Shown here piece after piece: positions 48,780-61,509 of a stretch of DNA of 64,000 nucleotides; positions within the stretch are counted from its first letter, which is position 1; the number at the start of each line of letters is the position of its first letter. Both the position numbers and the translations under genes were made by a program. Source of the stretch: Heptranchias perlo (Eukaryota); assembly GCF_035084215.1 (NCBI RefSeq), contig NC_090361.1, positions 1,922,001 through 1,986,000 on the forward strand, given 5' to 3'. Below the pieces are notes generated by a model that worked only from the letters and a program-made list of their open reading frames with translations, ran no database searches and was not told the origin of the DNA.

Positions 48780-49090
48780 CCCTTTGAAGGACAGCGGACT
48801 GTGCCCAGTGACTGCATTTGCCTATATAACAATAGTAACCATGTTGCACACAGCAAGGTCCCACATGCACCAATCGGATTGACCCAGGAGGAAAGTTGGG
48901 CAGGAATTGGGAGAGTTCCCTGCTCCTCTTCAAATAGTGCAAAAGGATTTTTAACATCCGAACAGGCACAGTGGGGCTTCAGTTTAATGGCTGACTTGAA
49001 AGACATCACCTCTGACAATTCAGCGCTCATGCACTGGAGTGTCAGCCTAGACTCTTGTGCTCAGTTGTAGAGTGGGCCTTCTGACTAGGA
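48780..49090 (-). mobile_element. DeuSINE copy
   Basis: GCACTGGAGTGTCAGCCTAGA, reverse complement of the Deu core. Confidence 0.6.
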
Positions 49091-49229
49091 GCATAGAAGA
49101 GAAAATTTACGAGAAAATATCTCGTAATATACTTCAATAAAATAAAAGATGAAAACAGAAAGGTTTGTGCCAGACATTGAGGTGCATACAACTGCAGACG
49201 ATCTCCGAAGGTAGAGTTAGTGGCAGCCA

Positions 49230-49540
49230 TGGCTGGTAGCATGTTGGTAGCACTCTTGCCTCCTAGTAAGAAGGTTATGGGTTCATAGCCCCACTCCAGA
49301 GACTTGAGCACATAATCCAGGCTGACACTCCAGTGCAGTACCGAGGGAGTGCTGCACTGTTGGAGGTGCCACCTTTCAGATGAGATGTTAAACCGAGGCC
49401 CCATCAGGTGGATGTAAAAGACCCCAGGGTACTATTTGAAGAAGAGCAGGGGATTCTTCCTGGTGTCCTGGCCAATATTTATCCCTCAACCGACATCCCT
49501 AAAAAACAAATTATTTGGCCATTATCTTATTGCTGTTTGT
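49230..49540 (+). mobile_element. DeuSINE copy (well preserved)
   Basis: tRNA-like head plus CCAGGCTGACACTCCAGTGCAGTACCGAGGGAGTGCTGCACTG core. Confidence 0.75.
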
Positions 49541-49639
49541 GTCTCAATATAATATATAGAGAGTGGCACTAGGTGGCAGTATAACACAATGATTTGATTT
49601 AGATATAACCTGTGTCCAGAGCTTCCCGCAACATGTAGG

Positions 49640-49990
49640 CAGTGAGTAGCTGAGCTATACAGAGCAGGAGGTCCCTGACTCAATCCCCAGCCTGTGTTCA
49701 GTTAGCTGATCATACTAACAGGGGCTTTGTATTCAGTGCTTGTGGGTAGAGAAGGGCAATCCTGCTAAAGTTCACAGTTCTGATCGCAATCCAGTGCCCC
49801 TCTCCTCTGACCGTGTGGACAGCATCAGGCTCACCTGTGGTATCTCCACGACAGAATAGCCTTCTGACACTGGCTGTCTAGGCTTACAAATGAACACTGG
49901 CCCACTCGGATGAGACACTGGAAGAGGCCTGGTGTTTGTGGAACCACATCTCAGGAAGGAGTCAGTGCCTTCAGGAGAGATGGGGAGATA
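49640..49990 (+). mobile_element. AmnSINE2-like SINE copy
   Basis: Same motif chain, ending GGAGTCAGTGCCTTCAGGAGAG. Confidence 0.6.
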
Positions 49991-50431
49991 ACTGACAAGA
50001 AAATGAAATAAACGCCTGCACCCTGATTGCAACGGCCCCATCCCAGGAATGAATAAAACTCCAGTGTAAAACATGGCGGACTGTTCCTTGGGATCACCAG
50101 GTTAAAGCAATTTGTTCTTCCTTTTTGCCCCATCTTACTTGCAGATCTCCCGTGATATTGCTCGTGGTAAGTTGGATGGTGCGCTATTTCATGACATAGG
50201 AATAATGCACAATGTATTATTGTGTTGCTAAGGTGGCACTGGGTATAAATAAGCCTGGCCCTTTAAGGCCACAGAGTCTAATTGCTGTAAATGGGGACAT
50301 ACTTTTCAATGAGAGGTTAATTGTTTTTGATGAAGGAAATGTACAGATTGGCGGGTGTTTGTAAATCTCTCAGCACCATGTTAGAAGAAATCAGCAGAAA
50401 GTGACTGGCTTACTTCTTTTAAACTTTTGAC

Positions 50432-50441
50432 ACCGGAAGTG
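50432..50441 (+). promoter_or_regulatory. ETS consensus site in putative DENND1C promoter
   Basis: ACCGGAAGTG about 490 bp upstream of the ATG. Confidence 0.4.
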
Positions 50442-50927
50442 CAACTGACTCGAAACTTTTATATTGAGATAGATTTTACTTCTCTCATTTCCCTGTCAGG
50501 CAGTAGCCGTGTGCTGAAGCTCTTTGGGAAACATTTACATATCCACATCACCAGCACGGTCACATTTTATAAAACTTTTTACTTCATTTCGAAAAATAAT
50601 GAAGTATATTGAGAACTGATGTAGGCCCTGGAGGAGAGAGTATGCTGCAGTAATCTATGTGCCAGCCTGAGGTCCCTACTGTTAACAGTACACTGATCTC
50701 CAAGGCTGTGGTGTCCATATAGTGACTCTGCTCTGAGTTGCACGTCATACATCATACTTCCTATATAGTGTAACGGAAGGACCGCAGTATCACATTCTGT
50801 TAGAAAACTCTGTCAAATGCAACAACTGCAGTACTAGGCACCCCCTATCCCCTTCTCAACCTCCATGATCTGTCCAAATCCAAACCAGGATTCTCTGCAT
50901 CTGGGAACACTGGCCATGTAGACAACC

Positions 50928-50944
50928 ATGGGATCCAGGATCAA
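50928..50944 (+). CDS. DENND1C: DENND1C-like (connecdenn, Rab35 GEF family) coding exon 1
   Basis: Kozak ACCATGG; ATG GGA TCC AGG ATC AA|GTAAGA = MGSRIK, a DENND1-type N-terminus; phase 2 matches the next exon. Confidence 0.75.
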
Positions 50945-51559
50945 GTAAGAGACTCAACAGCTTTCAACATGATTACAAAATTGTGACACTTTCCTTTTTT
51001 GTCTGATGAGTTTCTTTTCTCTGCGATTGCTGTGCTCAGTCGTGCTCGGGTGGCAGTTAATTGTTTCGAGAGAAATAAGGATCTGAAGGGAAGGAGCTGA
51101 AACCACAGACAGCTTAGCTGATGCTCGAGTAAACAGGTGGTTTTGTATTGTTGAAGTGAATTTAAACAATTATTTCCTTAGTCCCGTTTTTAATTTATTT
51201 TCTCCACCAGTGGTTTAATCTTTGCCAACAAATGTAGTCGGAGAGCAAGGACTAGGAGTGGGTAATGTCACTTGTACACCTGAGGTCAAGTCTATACAGG
51301 AGATCGAATGATGACAAAATGGTTGCTAAAGAAAGGAAGTTGGTGCGAGGTTTGTACCTTCACTGCAGGCTTAACACAGGGCTGTGACCTGAGAGATGAA
51401 GATAATTCTCAAGTTTGTTCTGTTGTGTGCAGTTTGTTTCATCCAACGTGTTCTACAGGAGCACAAATTACACTGAGTCTCTGAAAAATCTGACGGCAGC
51501 TTGTTCTACACAAAACTAAATTATCATTTTCAGAAAGTTGGAAACTTTGAAATAGCACA

Positions 51560-53708
51560 GAGAGAGGATGTTGAATTAAAGCCAAAAACCAATTACATAG
51601 GTATGAGGGGCGAATTGGCTAAGGTAGATTAGGAAATTAGATTAAAAGATATGATGGTAGATAAGCAATAGTGAACATTTAAAGGAATATTTCATAATTT
51701 TCAATGAATATACCATTAAGAAATAAAAACACAGGAAAAGTGATCCAACCGTGGCTAACTAAAGAAGTTAAGGATAGTATTAGATTAAAAGAAGAGGCTT
51801 ATAATGTTTCAAAGAAGAGTAGTAAGCCTGAGGATTGGGAGAGTTTTAGAAACCAGCAAAGGATGACCAAAAAATTGATAAAGAGGGAGAAAATAGAATA
51901 TGAGAGTAAACTAGCAAGAAATATAAAAACAGATTGGAAGAGCTTGTAAAAAGGAAGAGAGTAACAAAAGTAAACATGGGTCTCTTAGAGGCTGAGACAG
52001 GAGAAATTTTAATGGGGAATAAGGAAATGGCAGAGATGTTAAACAAATATTTTATATATGTCTTCACAGTAGAGGACACAAAAAACATACCAGAAATAGT
52101 GGGGAACCAAGGGTCTAGTGAGAGTGAGGAACTTAAAAGTAATTAATATTAGTGAAGAAAAAGTACTGGAGAAATTAATGGAACTAAAAGCCGACAATCC
52201 CCTGGTCCTGATGGTCTACATCCGAGGGTTCTAAAAGAGGTGGCTGCAGAGACAGTGGATGCATTGGTTGTGATCTTCCAGAATTCCCTAGATTCTAGAA
52301 TGGTTCCCGTGGATTGGAATGTAGCAAAATTAACCCCACTATTCAAGAAAGGAGGGAGAGAGAAAACAGGGAACTACAGGCCAGTTAGCCTGACATCAGT
52401 AGTTGGGAAAATGCTGGAATCTATTATTAAGGAAGTGATAACAGGACACTTAGAAAATCATAATATGATTAGGCAGAGTCAACATGGTTTTATGAAAGGG
52501 AAATCGTGTTTGACAAATCTACTGGAGTTTTTTGAGGGTATAACTAGCAGGGTAGATAAAGTGGAACCAGTGGATGTAGTATATTTGGATTTTCAAAAGG
52601 TATTCGATAAGGTGCCACATAAAATATTGTTAGACAAGATAAGGGCTCATGGGGTTGTGGGTAATTTATTAGCATGGATAGAGGATTGGTTAATGGACTG
52701 AAAACAGAGAGTAGGAATAAACGGGTCATTTTGGGGTGCCGCAAGGATCGGTGCTTGGGCCTCAGCTATTTACAATCTAAATGGGGTCAATTTTCGGATG
52801 GCAGAGTGGGTGCGTTTGTGGCGGGGGGGCTCCTCAAATTGGGGATTCCCAGAGCGGGTCTGGAGCCCGGCTCCAACCCGCCCACTTCCGGGTTCCCCAA
52901 TGACACGAATCGGTGCACGCGCAGCCCCCGCATGCGAGACTCTCACCGGCAATCAAAGCCAGCGGGATCCCACTTAAGATCATTATCTGGGTACTTGAGG
53001 TCCTTGTACACGAAACACAGAAAGTTATCAAGCAGGTACAGCAAGAAATTAGGAAGGCAAATGCTATGTTGGCCTTTATTACAAGGGGATTGGAGTACAA
53101 GAGTAAGGAAGTCTTGCTGCAATTGTACAGGGCTTTGGTGAGACCACACCTGGACTACTGCGTACAGTTTTGGTCTCCTTACCTAAGGAAGGATATACTT
53201 GCCTTATGGCGGTGCAACGAAGGTTCACTAGATTGATTCCTGGGATGAGAGGGTTTTCCATGAGGAGAGATTGAGTAGAATGGGACCTATACACTCTGGG
53301 GTTTAGAAGAATGAGAGATGATCTCATTGAAACATATAAGATTCTGAGAGGGCTTGACAGGGTAGATGCTGAGAGACTGTTTACCTTGGCAGGAGAGTTT
53401 AGAACTAGGGGGCATGATCTCAGGATAAGGGGTCGGCCATTTAGGACTGAGATGAGGAGGAATTTCTTCACTCAGAGGGTTGTGAATCTTTGGAATTCTC
53501 TACCCCAGAGGGCTGTGGATGCTCAGTCGTTGAGTATATTCAAGGCTGAGATCAATACATTTTTGAACTCTAAGGGAATCAAAGGATATGGGGATCGGGC
53601 AGGAAAGTGGAGTTAAGATCGAAGATCAGCCATGATCTGATTGAATGGTGGAGCAGGCTGGAGGGGCCGAATGGCCTACTCCTGCTCTAATTTCTTATGT
53701 TCTTATGT
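51560..53708 (+). mobile_element. CR1 LINE (ORF2 fragment, degenerate, interrupted)
   Basis: PWLTKEVK, SPGPDG, NYRPVSLTS, VVYLDFQK, RPHLDYC; TTCTTATG tail. Confidence 0.93.
52780..52990. mobile_element. GC-rich foreign insert replacing part of the CR1 RT
   Basis: Abrupt non-CR1 GC-rich segment starting GGGGTCAATTTTC after the LFTI codons; CR1 resumes further downstream. Confidence 0.5.
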
Positions 53709-55314
53709 TACCTTCATGGGGTAGTTTGTGACCTACTGCTTCACCCAGGGCTGATTGCGGGGTTGTGGATACACTAACCTATTGTGTACTATTTCTAAAT
53801 CTGTTACAATAATAGGACATTACTTAACTAATACTACCCCGGTATGGACCAGCTATATCTGTAAAGGTTTAGAATAAGGAATCCTGAGAACAGAGGAAGC
53901 AGAAATATAGAGGAATTTCCCTTTTAATTTTCCTTTATATATATATATATAAAATGCTCATTTGATTACAAACTATTTGCTAGGTATATTTGTTTCACTA
54001 GCTCATAAACAGAGAATCTCATGATAGCACTGGTTTAATCTGATGAGAAGTCTCCTTTCTTTGCCTGACGGTCTCTCCTCTGAGGATGGGTACGATCTTT
54101 GGCTCTCTCTTCCTTTCAAGAGTCCAAGCTTGGCTGCTTCCCAGTTGAATGGTTTGGTCTATTTATGTCCCATTTGTTTATTACAAAGTTCTGACAACCT
54201 AGCCACTCTTACCTGCTCTTCCTAGTACGGGTCCTAATTATCACAGTTTTAACAATAGGATTCAGCTCAACTCAGACATTCACAAGTGATCCATCCCTCT
54301 TCCTTTATTGTCTTCATCAGGCTTCCTTTTCATTAACACTACAAAGCCATAATTCAATCAGTTTTTCTTTCAAGATTGTTTCTAAAAAGCTTTTTAGAGT
54401 AACCAGTTCTGGTGGATTCTTGCAGTTCACAACTAGCTTTATACAACAATACTAAACCAAGCAAATACAAAGCACAACTGATTAACAAACACGATACACA
54501 ATACAATTATACATCACGACAAATCCATCAGCTGCTCCCCTTCCACTCAACCCAGGACGTGAGCACCTCGTAGAAGCCAGTGTCCATGTTGTTTCCTATC
54601 CTCTAAATTCGTGCTAATGGACCAAACTATACACCCTGTGTGAAAACAGTGTGAATCCCTCCTCTCACCACTGTAATTGTACATTTGTGTACCTTCTCCC
54701 TGTACAGCTCCAATCAAATCATTACTAGGGCTTTTGCTTGGTGCAGTAATGCAGCAATCAGTGAGATGTTGGTCAGACTGCCCTATCACTCTCTAGTGCC
54801 ACCATGACCAGGAACTGAGCAGATTTTGGCCACTTCTCCATCAGAGGGGAAGCAGGAGGCCCAGTCTTATGCTGTCTTCCCATACTCCTAAAGAATGAGA
54901 ATGGCAGAGGATGGGGAGCTGGGTGCTGGCTCACATCTTAGGCCATGCATTGAAGAGTAAATGAGGGAAAACTACCTCAATAGCTTAGTTGGCAAGCGAA
55001 CTATCCATATGGAACTGAGCCACTCGGAGATCAAAGGTCCTTGGTTTGATTCTTGGGCTATGCTGAGTTACCTGATCTCAGCTGGGCTGGAATGGGTGGA
55101 GATTAAAATATAACTTCTAGGAACGGGAGGGAGAAACCCAGCCGGTGTTCACACCTGATTTGGTATCTGATGGAAGGTGTATGGAAGTTGGGCAAGAACT
55201 GGATTAGACTTCGCTTTAACCACCCGTCCCCCCGTCCCCCGGGCCACCTGCAACCATTTGAACGTTGAGTAGCTTGCTAACATTCCCATAAAGAGTGGAG
55301 GCTGAGCTGAGCAG

Positions 55315-55612
55315 TTCCCACTTCTCTCCCCCACCCCACCCCCTCGCCTTCCCCCTCCTACTCCCCTTCCCCTCCAATTCCCACTCCCCATCCCCCTCCA
55401 ACTCCCCCTTCCCCTCCCCTCCAACTCCCCCCCTACTTTTCCTCCCCTCCAACTCCCCCTCCCACTCCTCCCACCCCCTCCCCTTCCCCCTCCTACTCCC
55501 CTTCCCCTCCAATTCCCACTCCCTGTCCACCTCCAACTCCCCATCCCCTTCCCCCTCCAACTCCCCCTCCCACTCCTCCCTCCCACTCCCCTTTTCCCTC
55601 CCCCTCCCACTC
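55315..55612. repeat. C-rich polypyrimidine low-complexity tract
   Basis: CCCCTCCAACTCCCCC-type motifs with internal duplication. Confidence 0.85.
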
Positions 55613-57228
55613 CAGAACTGTACCCAAGGAAGGAGTCAGCACCTTCAGGTTGGATCCCCGACCTGTGCTGAGTCAGCCGATCTCATGGAACCACAGTAGT
55701 GAGGCTAATTTGACCTCAGTGTCCTGGGTTAGGAGAGGAACAATTCAGGCAGGGTTCCGGTGTCTTATTTCTATCAAATAACCTCTGCAGGTGTATGAAT
55801 AGATTTTTGTTAGGGATATGGAGCTCAGGTGGGTAAATGGAGTTGAGGTGTAGATGAGCCACAATCTAATTGAATGGCGGAGCAGGCTCGAGGGGCCGAA
55901 TGGCCTCCTCCTGTTCCGATGAATGTTTGTAATCAAGACAGGATTGGAACGATTATCTGAAGGGAAAGCCTCACTTGACTAAAGACCAGTAATTCAACAT
56001 AGACGTGTGTGGGTTGATTAATTGGGTGGAGGGGAGATGCCGGGTCCTCAGCACCCTGTGCTGTGCAGTGACTGAGCCTGGACACCCAACATCCTCTACA
56101 CAAGGCACAAGGAGGTGCCGGCCTCATCCATGGTGAGGTTCTGAACGGGGCCCAGACGGTTATGGAGGCAAAATCAGAGGGCGGGCCGAACTGGGCTTCT
56201 GTTTCTCACCTGCTGATGGCCAGGTACTGAAACCTTCTTTGCTTTTAGTTGTCTTTTTGCTCCAATTTTCTACCATCCTGTCCTGAAGCCGTTGACCTGC
56301 GCTGGGATTGAGTCTAAGGGCACCAGCCACCCTCTGGTACCCAGCCCAACTGGCCGCTCTTCCCTTGTAAAACCAAAGCATGAATGCTAGAAGGCTGTTC
56401 AACCAAGGGGGCATCACAGCAAGACCAATTCCATCCTTATCTCATATCCACACACACATTTCCCGGCAGGAATCATTGGATAGAAATCAGGAGCGGGAAC
56501 CCTGCCCAATGTTTCCCTCCCTAACCTAGAACCACCGAAACCGATTATAACTCCCCTACTTCCCCATTCCCCCAACTTAGCTAGTGGAGCACAGACCAGA
56601 AATGGAACCTGAGACCTTCAGTTATTCCCTGGATGGAGTCCCATATTGTGCACCCTCCTTTACTCTCTCCTGTTCTCCAGTTCAATCCCTCCTTTGATTT
56701 TCCTCAGGTGTGTCCTTTCCATATCTGGTTCTGTGCATTTCCTTTCACTTCTCCCTCTGTCTGCTCCTGTGTCGAGCTCTGTTTCTTTTCTCGGTGTCTA
56801 CACCTGTTCAGTTCCCACTCCCTATTTCTACTTTTCTACACCTTTCCCTTTCTGTTGCATTTCATTTTTTTCTTTTCACCGCAGCTTACCTTTATCTAAA
56901 GCTCCTTGTACAAGAGAACATCACAGAACATTCTACAAGGTGGGGGGTGAGCGGGGAGAGAGGGAAGATCGGGAATTCTGATACCAAAGGTACAACAAAG
57001 AGATAGCTTTTTAAGACAGGAAGGGAGGGGAAGTGATTGGGAGAGAGTTCCAGGGGGTGGCGGAGTGACGCAAAGATCAGCTACCAATCAGTAGAGGTGT
57101 GGGGACATGCAGTAATCCAAGGTTCAGAGGAGCATTGTAGGGCTGAATCCATGACCTCGCCCTTCCCTATCTCTGAAACCTCCTCCAGCGCTACAATGTT
57201 CCGAGATCTCTGCGCTCCTCCATTTCTG

Positions 57229-58300
57229 GAGTCATACCTAGCACAAAGGAAGATGGTAGTGGTTGTTGGAGGCCAATCATCTCAGCCCCAGGACATTGCT
57301 GCAGGAGTTCCTCAGGGCAGTGTCCTAGGCCCAACCATCTTCAGCTGCTTCATCAATGACCTTCCCTCCATCATAAGGTCAGAAATGGGGATGTTCGCTG
57401 ATGACTGCACAGTGTTCAGTTCCATTCGCAACCCCTCAGATAATGAAGCAGTCCGAGCCTGCATGCAGCAAGACCTGGACAACATCCAGGCTTGGGCTCA
57501 TAAGTGGCAAGTAACATTCGCGCCAGATAAGTGCCAGGCAATGACCATCTCCAACAAGAGAGAGTCTAACCACCTCCCCTTGACATTCAACGGCATTACC
57601 ATCGCCGAATCCCCCACCATCAACATCCTGGGGGTCACCATTGACCAGAAACTTAACTGGACCAGCCATATAAATACTGTGGCTACGAGAGCAGGTCAGA
57701 GGCTGGGTATTCTGCGGCGAGTGACTCACCTCCTGACTCCCCAAAGCCTTTCCACCATCTACAAGGCACAAGTCAGGAGTGTGATGGAATACTCTCCACT
57801 TGCCTGGATGAGTGCAGCTCCAACAACACTCAAGAAGCTCGACACCATCCAAGATAAAGCAGCCCGCTTGATTGGCACCCCATCCACCACCCTAAACATT
57901 CACTCCCTTCACCACCGGCGCACTGTGGCTGCAGTGTGCACCATCCACAGGATGCACTGCAGCAACTCGCCAAGGCTTCTTCGACAGCACCTCCCAAACC
58001 CGCGACCTCTACCACCTAGAAGGACAAGGGCAGCAGGCGCATGGGAACAACACCACCTGCACGTTCCCCTCCAAGTCACACACCATCCCGACTTGGAAAT
58101 ATATCGCCGTTCCTTCATTGTCGCTGGGTCAAAATCCTGGAACTCCCTTCCTAACAGCACAGTGGGAGAACCGTCACCACACGGACTGCAGCGGTTCAAG
58201 AAGGCAGTTCACCACCACCTTCTCGAGGGCAATTAGGGATGGGCAATAAATGCCGGCCTTGCCAGCGACGCCCACATCCCGTGAACGAATTTTTTTAAAA
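57229..58300 (+). mobile_element. Second CR1-group LINE family, 5'-truncated, open ORF, inserted into an older L2
   Basis: AGVPQGSVLGP, MFADDCT, open to the stop at 58236; 3'UTR GGGCAATAAATGCCGGCC also seen near 40.4, 45.7 and 47.4 kb. Confidence 0.9.
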
Positions 58301-58319
58301 ATGCAAGTTGTTGTTGTTG

Positions 58320-59100
58320 ATTTCCCACATAGGGTAGGACAAGGCTCTGGAGGAATTTGGAAATAAGGTCAAGGACCTTGAGGCCAATTTGCTGGAGTAG
58401 AAGGAAGCGGTGGAGCTGGGCGAGGGTGAGAGTGATGGGTGTGAGGAATCTTGTGAAGGAAAGGACGTCGGTTACGGAGTTCTGAAGTAGTTGGAATTTG
58501 TGAAGGGTGGAAGTTGGGAGGCCGGAAAGGAGAGCATTAGAAAAATGGGTCTTCAAGATGGTGAAGGCTTTGGCAGCACAACGGATAGACCCAAAGGGCA
58601 CCAAACACCAGCCACAATCGGAATAAAACCCGCTCTACCATTGGTTAGGGACATAGCGGGCAATGTCATGAGGGTGAAAGACAGTTTTGACAAAGGACAT
58701 GACACGGGTAGTGAGCTCAGCCCAGGATTAAGAGATGCCAAAGTTGCACACCATTGGGCTGAACCTGAACAAGCAGCCAGGGCAGGTGATACGGTTGGTG
58801 CCAGAAACGCGTAGGACTTGATGAGAGTCGAGTACGATGGCTTCAGCTTTGCTGATCTTGAGCCATAAGAGGTTTTGACTCCACCAGGACTCAATGTCAG
58901 ACAGTCAGATGGTACAGTAATAGCCCTGAGGTCAGTGGTGTTGGGGATGGAGAGGTAGGGTTGGCCATCATGGGCATATGTTAGAAAGCTGGCCCTGTGC
59001 TTGTAGTGTGATTTAGCTAAGAGGTAGCATGTAGATAATGAATAGAAGGGGACCTAGGATAGTGCCCTGGGGTATACTGTAGGCACAGTGGGAGAAGCCA
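58320..59100 (-). mobile_element. Degenerate L2 LINE (its 3' end continues at ~56900-57228)
   Basis: SNALLSGLPTSTLHKFQLLQNS...ITLTLAQLHR, and PQGTILGPLLF RT remnant. Confidence 0.7.
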
Positions 59101-59675
59101 TTTGAGCAGATATAGTGACTGTGTTTGGAGAGGTAGCAATGGAATCCCGAGACAAAGATGGAGTGTGGAGGAGTGGTCGACAGGAAAGAGGCTGAGGAAG
59201 CTGAGGAGGCTGAGGAGGGACTGCTAACCTCAGTTACCCAGGTGTCACTGTTGACCAGAGTGATCTCAATGCTGTGGGCAAGTCAGAACCCAAATGAAAG
59301 GAACTCAGTGAGCAATGAGAGGTAGTTAGAATCATAGAATGGTTACGGCACAGAAGGAGGCCATTCGGCCCATCGAGTCCGTGCCGGCTCTTTGTAAGAA
59401 CTGTCCAGTTAGTTGGGCAATAACAAGTTCAAAGAGCTAGAGGAGAAAGTTGGAGATGAGATGGTAATTGGGAGGGTGGACTTGTTAAGGAGGGGATTAT
59501 GAAGGCGGTTTCAAAGATGGTGGGAACAGGGCTCGAAGAAAGAGAGTTTGGCGCTGTCAGGGACCGTGGGCCCAGGAAAGGGATGTTGGGTTGTTGGAAG
59601 TTGGATGGAAAGAGGGGAGGGGTGAGTTCGAACAGTAATTTACATCTTTATTTCCCACCATTGTGACTCCTGTAA

Positions 59676-59700
59676 GTGTGTGTGTGTGTGTGTGTGTGTG
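59676..59700. repeat. (GT)n microsatellite
   Basis: About 12 GT units inside a SINE remnant. Confidence 0.9.
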
Positions 59701-59894
59701 GATGTTTGGTGAGGACTGGATCAGACTCTGCTGTGATTCATACATAAAGAATGGTCACTAGGCCTGGTTACTGGAAGGCAGCCTGAGACCTTGTACCCAG
59801 CATGAGTCAGTGCTTCAGGAGAGGAAGGGACAAACTCGCTATTTCAGATGATGCTATGACTTAACCAATTCTTTTCTGTTCTTTTTATTTTTAG

Positions 59895-59959
59895 AGAAAG
59901 CCCTGAAAGAACATTTGACTGGTTTTTCGAGGCCTCGTGTCCAAAATCATCAGACGATG
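59895..59959 (+). CDS. DENND1C: DENND1C-like coding exon 2 (uDENN start); gene probably continues beyond window
   Basis: TTTTTATTTTTAG| (K)ESPERTFDWFFEASCPKSSDD |GTGAGT, resembling human DENND1C VFDWFFEAACPAS; 65 bp. Confidence 0.8.
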
Positions 59960-60114
59960 GTGAGTGTGAAAAATTTCCAAATATACACACTAAAAATTTG
60001 TTTAATCTTAAATTGTTCTTCAGATGATATCATGAGATAGATGTAGATGAGGAGACCACTTGATCCAACCCAGCTCATCCTTGTAAAAAGTTCCACCCCT
60101 CCCCAACTGATTCT

Positions 60115-60560
60115 TACATAGGAACAGGAGGAGGCCATTCAGCCGCTCGAGCCTGTTCCGCCATTCAATCAGATCATGGCTGATCTGTACCTCAACTCCA
60201 TTTACCTGCCTTGGTTCCCTATCCCTTGATATCCTTACCCAACAAAAATCTATTGATCTCAGTCTTCAAAATTTCAATTGACCCCCAGCACCCACAGCCT
60301 TTGGGAAGAGTTCCAGATTTCCACTCCCCTTTGTGTGAAAAAATGCTTCCTGATTTCATTCCTGAACAACCTAACTCCAATTTTAAGATTGTGCCCCCTT
60401 GTTCTTGATTCCCCACCAGAGGAAATAGTTTCTCTATATCTACCCTATCAAACCTTTTTAACATTTTAAACAACGCAATCAGATCACCCCTCAATCTTCT
60501 ATACTCACGGGAATACAAGCCAAGTTTATGCAACCTTCTCATAATTGAATCCTTTAAGTC
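60115..60560 (-). mobile_element. CR1 3' fragment
   Basis: RLHKLGLYSREYRRLRGDLI. Confidence 0.85.
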
Positions 60561-61250
60561 TGTTAGGCCTGAGCCAACCATGACACACCTTAAAGTCATG
60601 GGTGATGAGGCTGAGTGAGGCGGAGCTAGTGCGCAGTTGCTATGGTTGAACAGTTACCAAATGCGACAGGAAATGGGTTTGCATGGTCTCAGCATTGTCC
60701 TAATGCTGCCTTTCCTCTCATGCTCATGTTGGAATTGTCTTAAATTCACTCATTTTATCAACTGGACATAATGTTCAATTTTACAAAGCTGGTGGCATAA
60801 ACCTCAAAGGGGAGCTCACCGTCAGCACGTTTCTCCCTCCACCTTATTCTTGTAAGTGTTACTTTCTTACTCACAGGTGCTGCTCATCCTCTGGTACCTT
60901 ACCCAAGGGGCCCTTGTTAACATGTGAGGCTTCACAGCCTGAGTGTAGTCCTGTCCTCACCTGACATCAACACTTCTAGCAGGGGTTGCTGGATAGGGAT
61001 TAAAAGTGGAAACTGTGGGTCTTCTTTTTATCTCCTCCCTACCCTTCATCGAAATTGTGTTGTACCTGACCTGGGAGCTACTGGTGCTGGCACTGGATAC
61101 ATTAGGTAAATTTCCATTCCCCAGCATCCAGGTCAATGCACAAATTTCTCTCCAACATTTTAGGAAACATAAAACTAGGCCTGCCTGAGGGAAGGCATTT
61201 CCTGCAGAATTCCCCTCTTCAGTTTAATGAGTGTGTTGGCCTGGGTCTGT

Positions 61251-61454
61251 GGCTCGGCGTGACAGAGCCCCCGGTCTCGGCGTGACGGAGCCCCCCCCCG
61301 GTCTCGGCCTGACAGAGCCCCCCCCCCCCCCCCGGTCTCGGCCTGACGGAGCCCCCCCCGGTCTCGGCGTGACAGAGCCCCCTCGGTCTCGGCGTGACGG
61401 AGCCCCCGGTCTCGGCGTGACGGAGCCCCCGGTCTCGGCGTGACGGAGCCCCCA
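61251..61454. repeat. GC-rich minisatellite, 8 units with variable poly-C
   Basis: GGTCTCGGC(G/C)TGAC(A/G)GAG followed by a C run of variable length. Confidence 0.93.
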
Positions 61455-61509
61455 GTATCATTGTAAACCTGAAGCAGTTGCAAGGTGAAGCCTGTGACCT
61501 CTCCCATGG

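Noticed and set aside
55149-55699. RG-rich and PS-rich ORFs
   Set aside because: Translations of a low-complexity C-rich tract
57037-58236. 399-aa RT ORF as a domesticated gene or retron-like system
   Set aside because: Ordinary 5'-truncated LINE with family 3'UTR; its N-terminus is chance read-through from flanking L2
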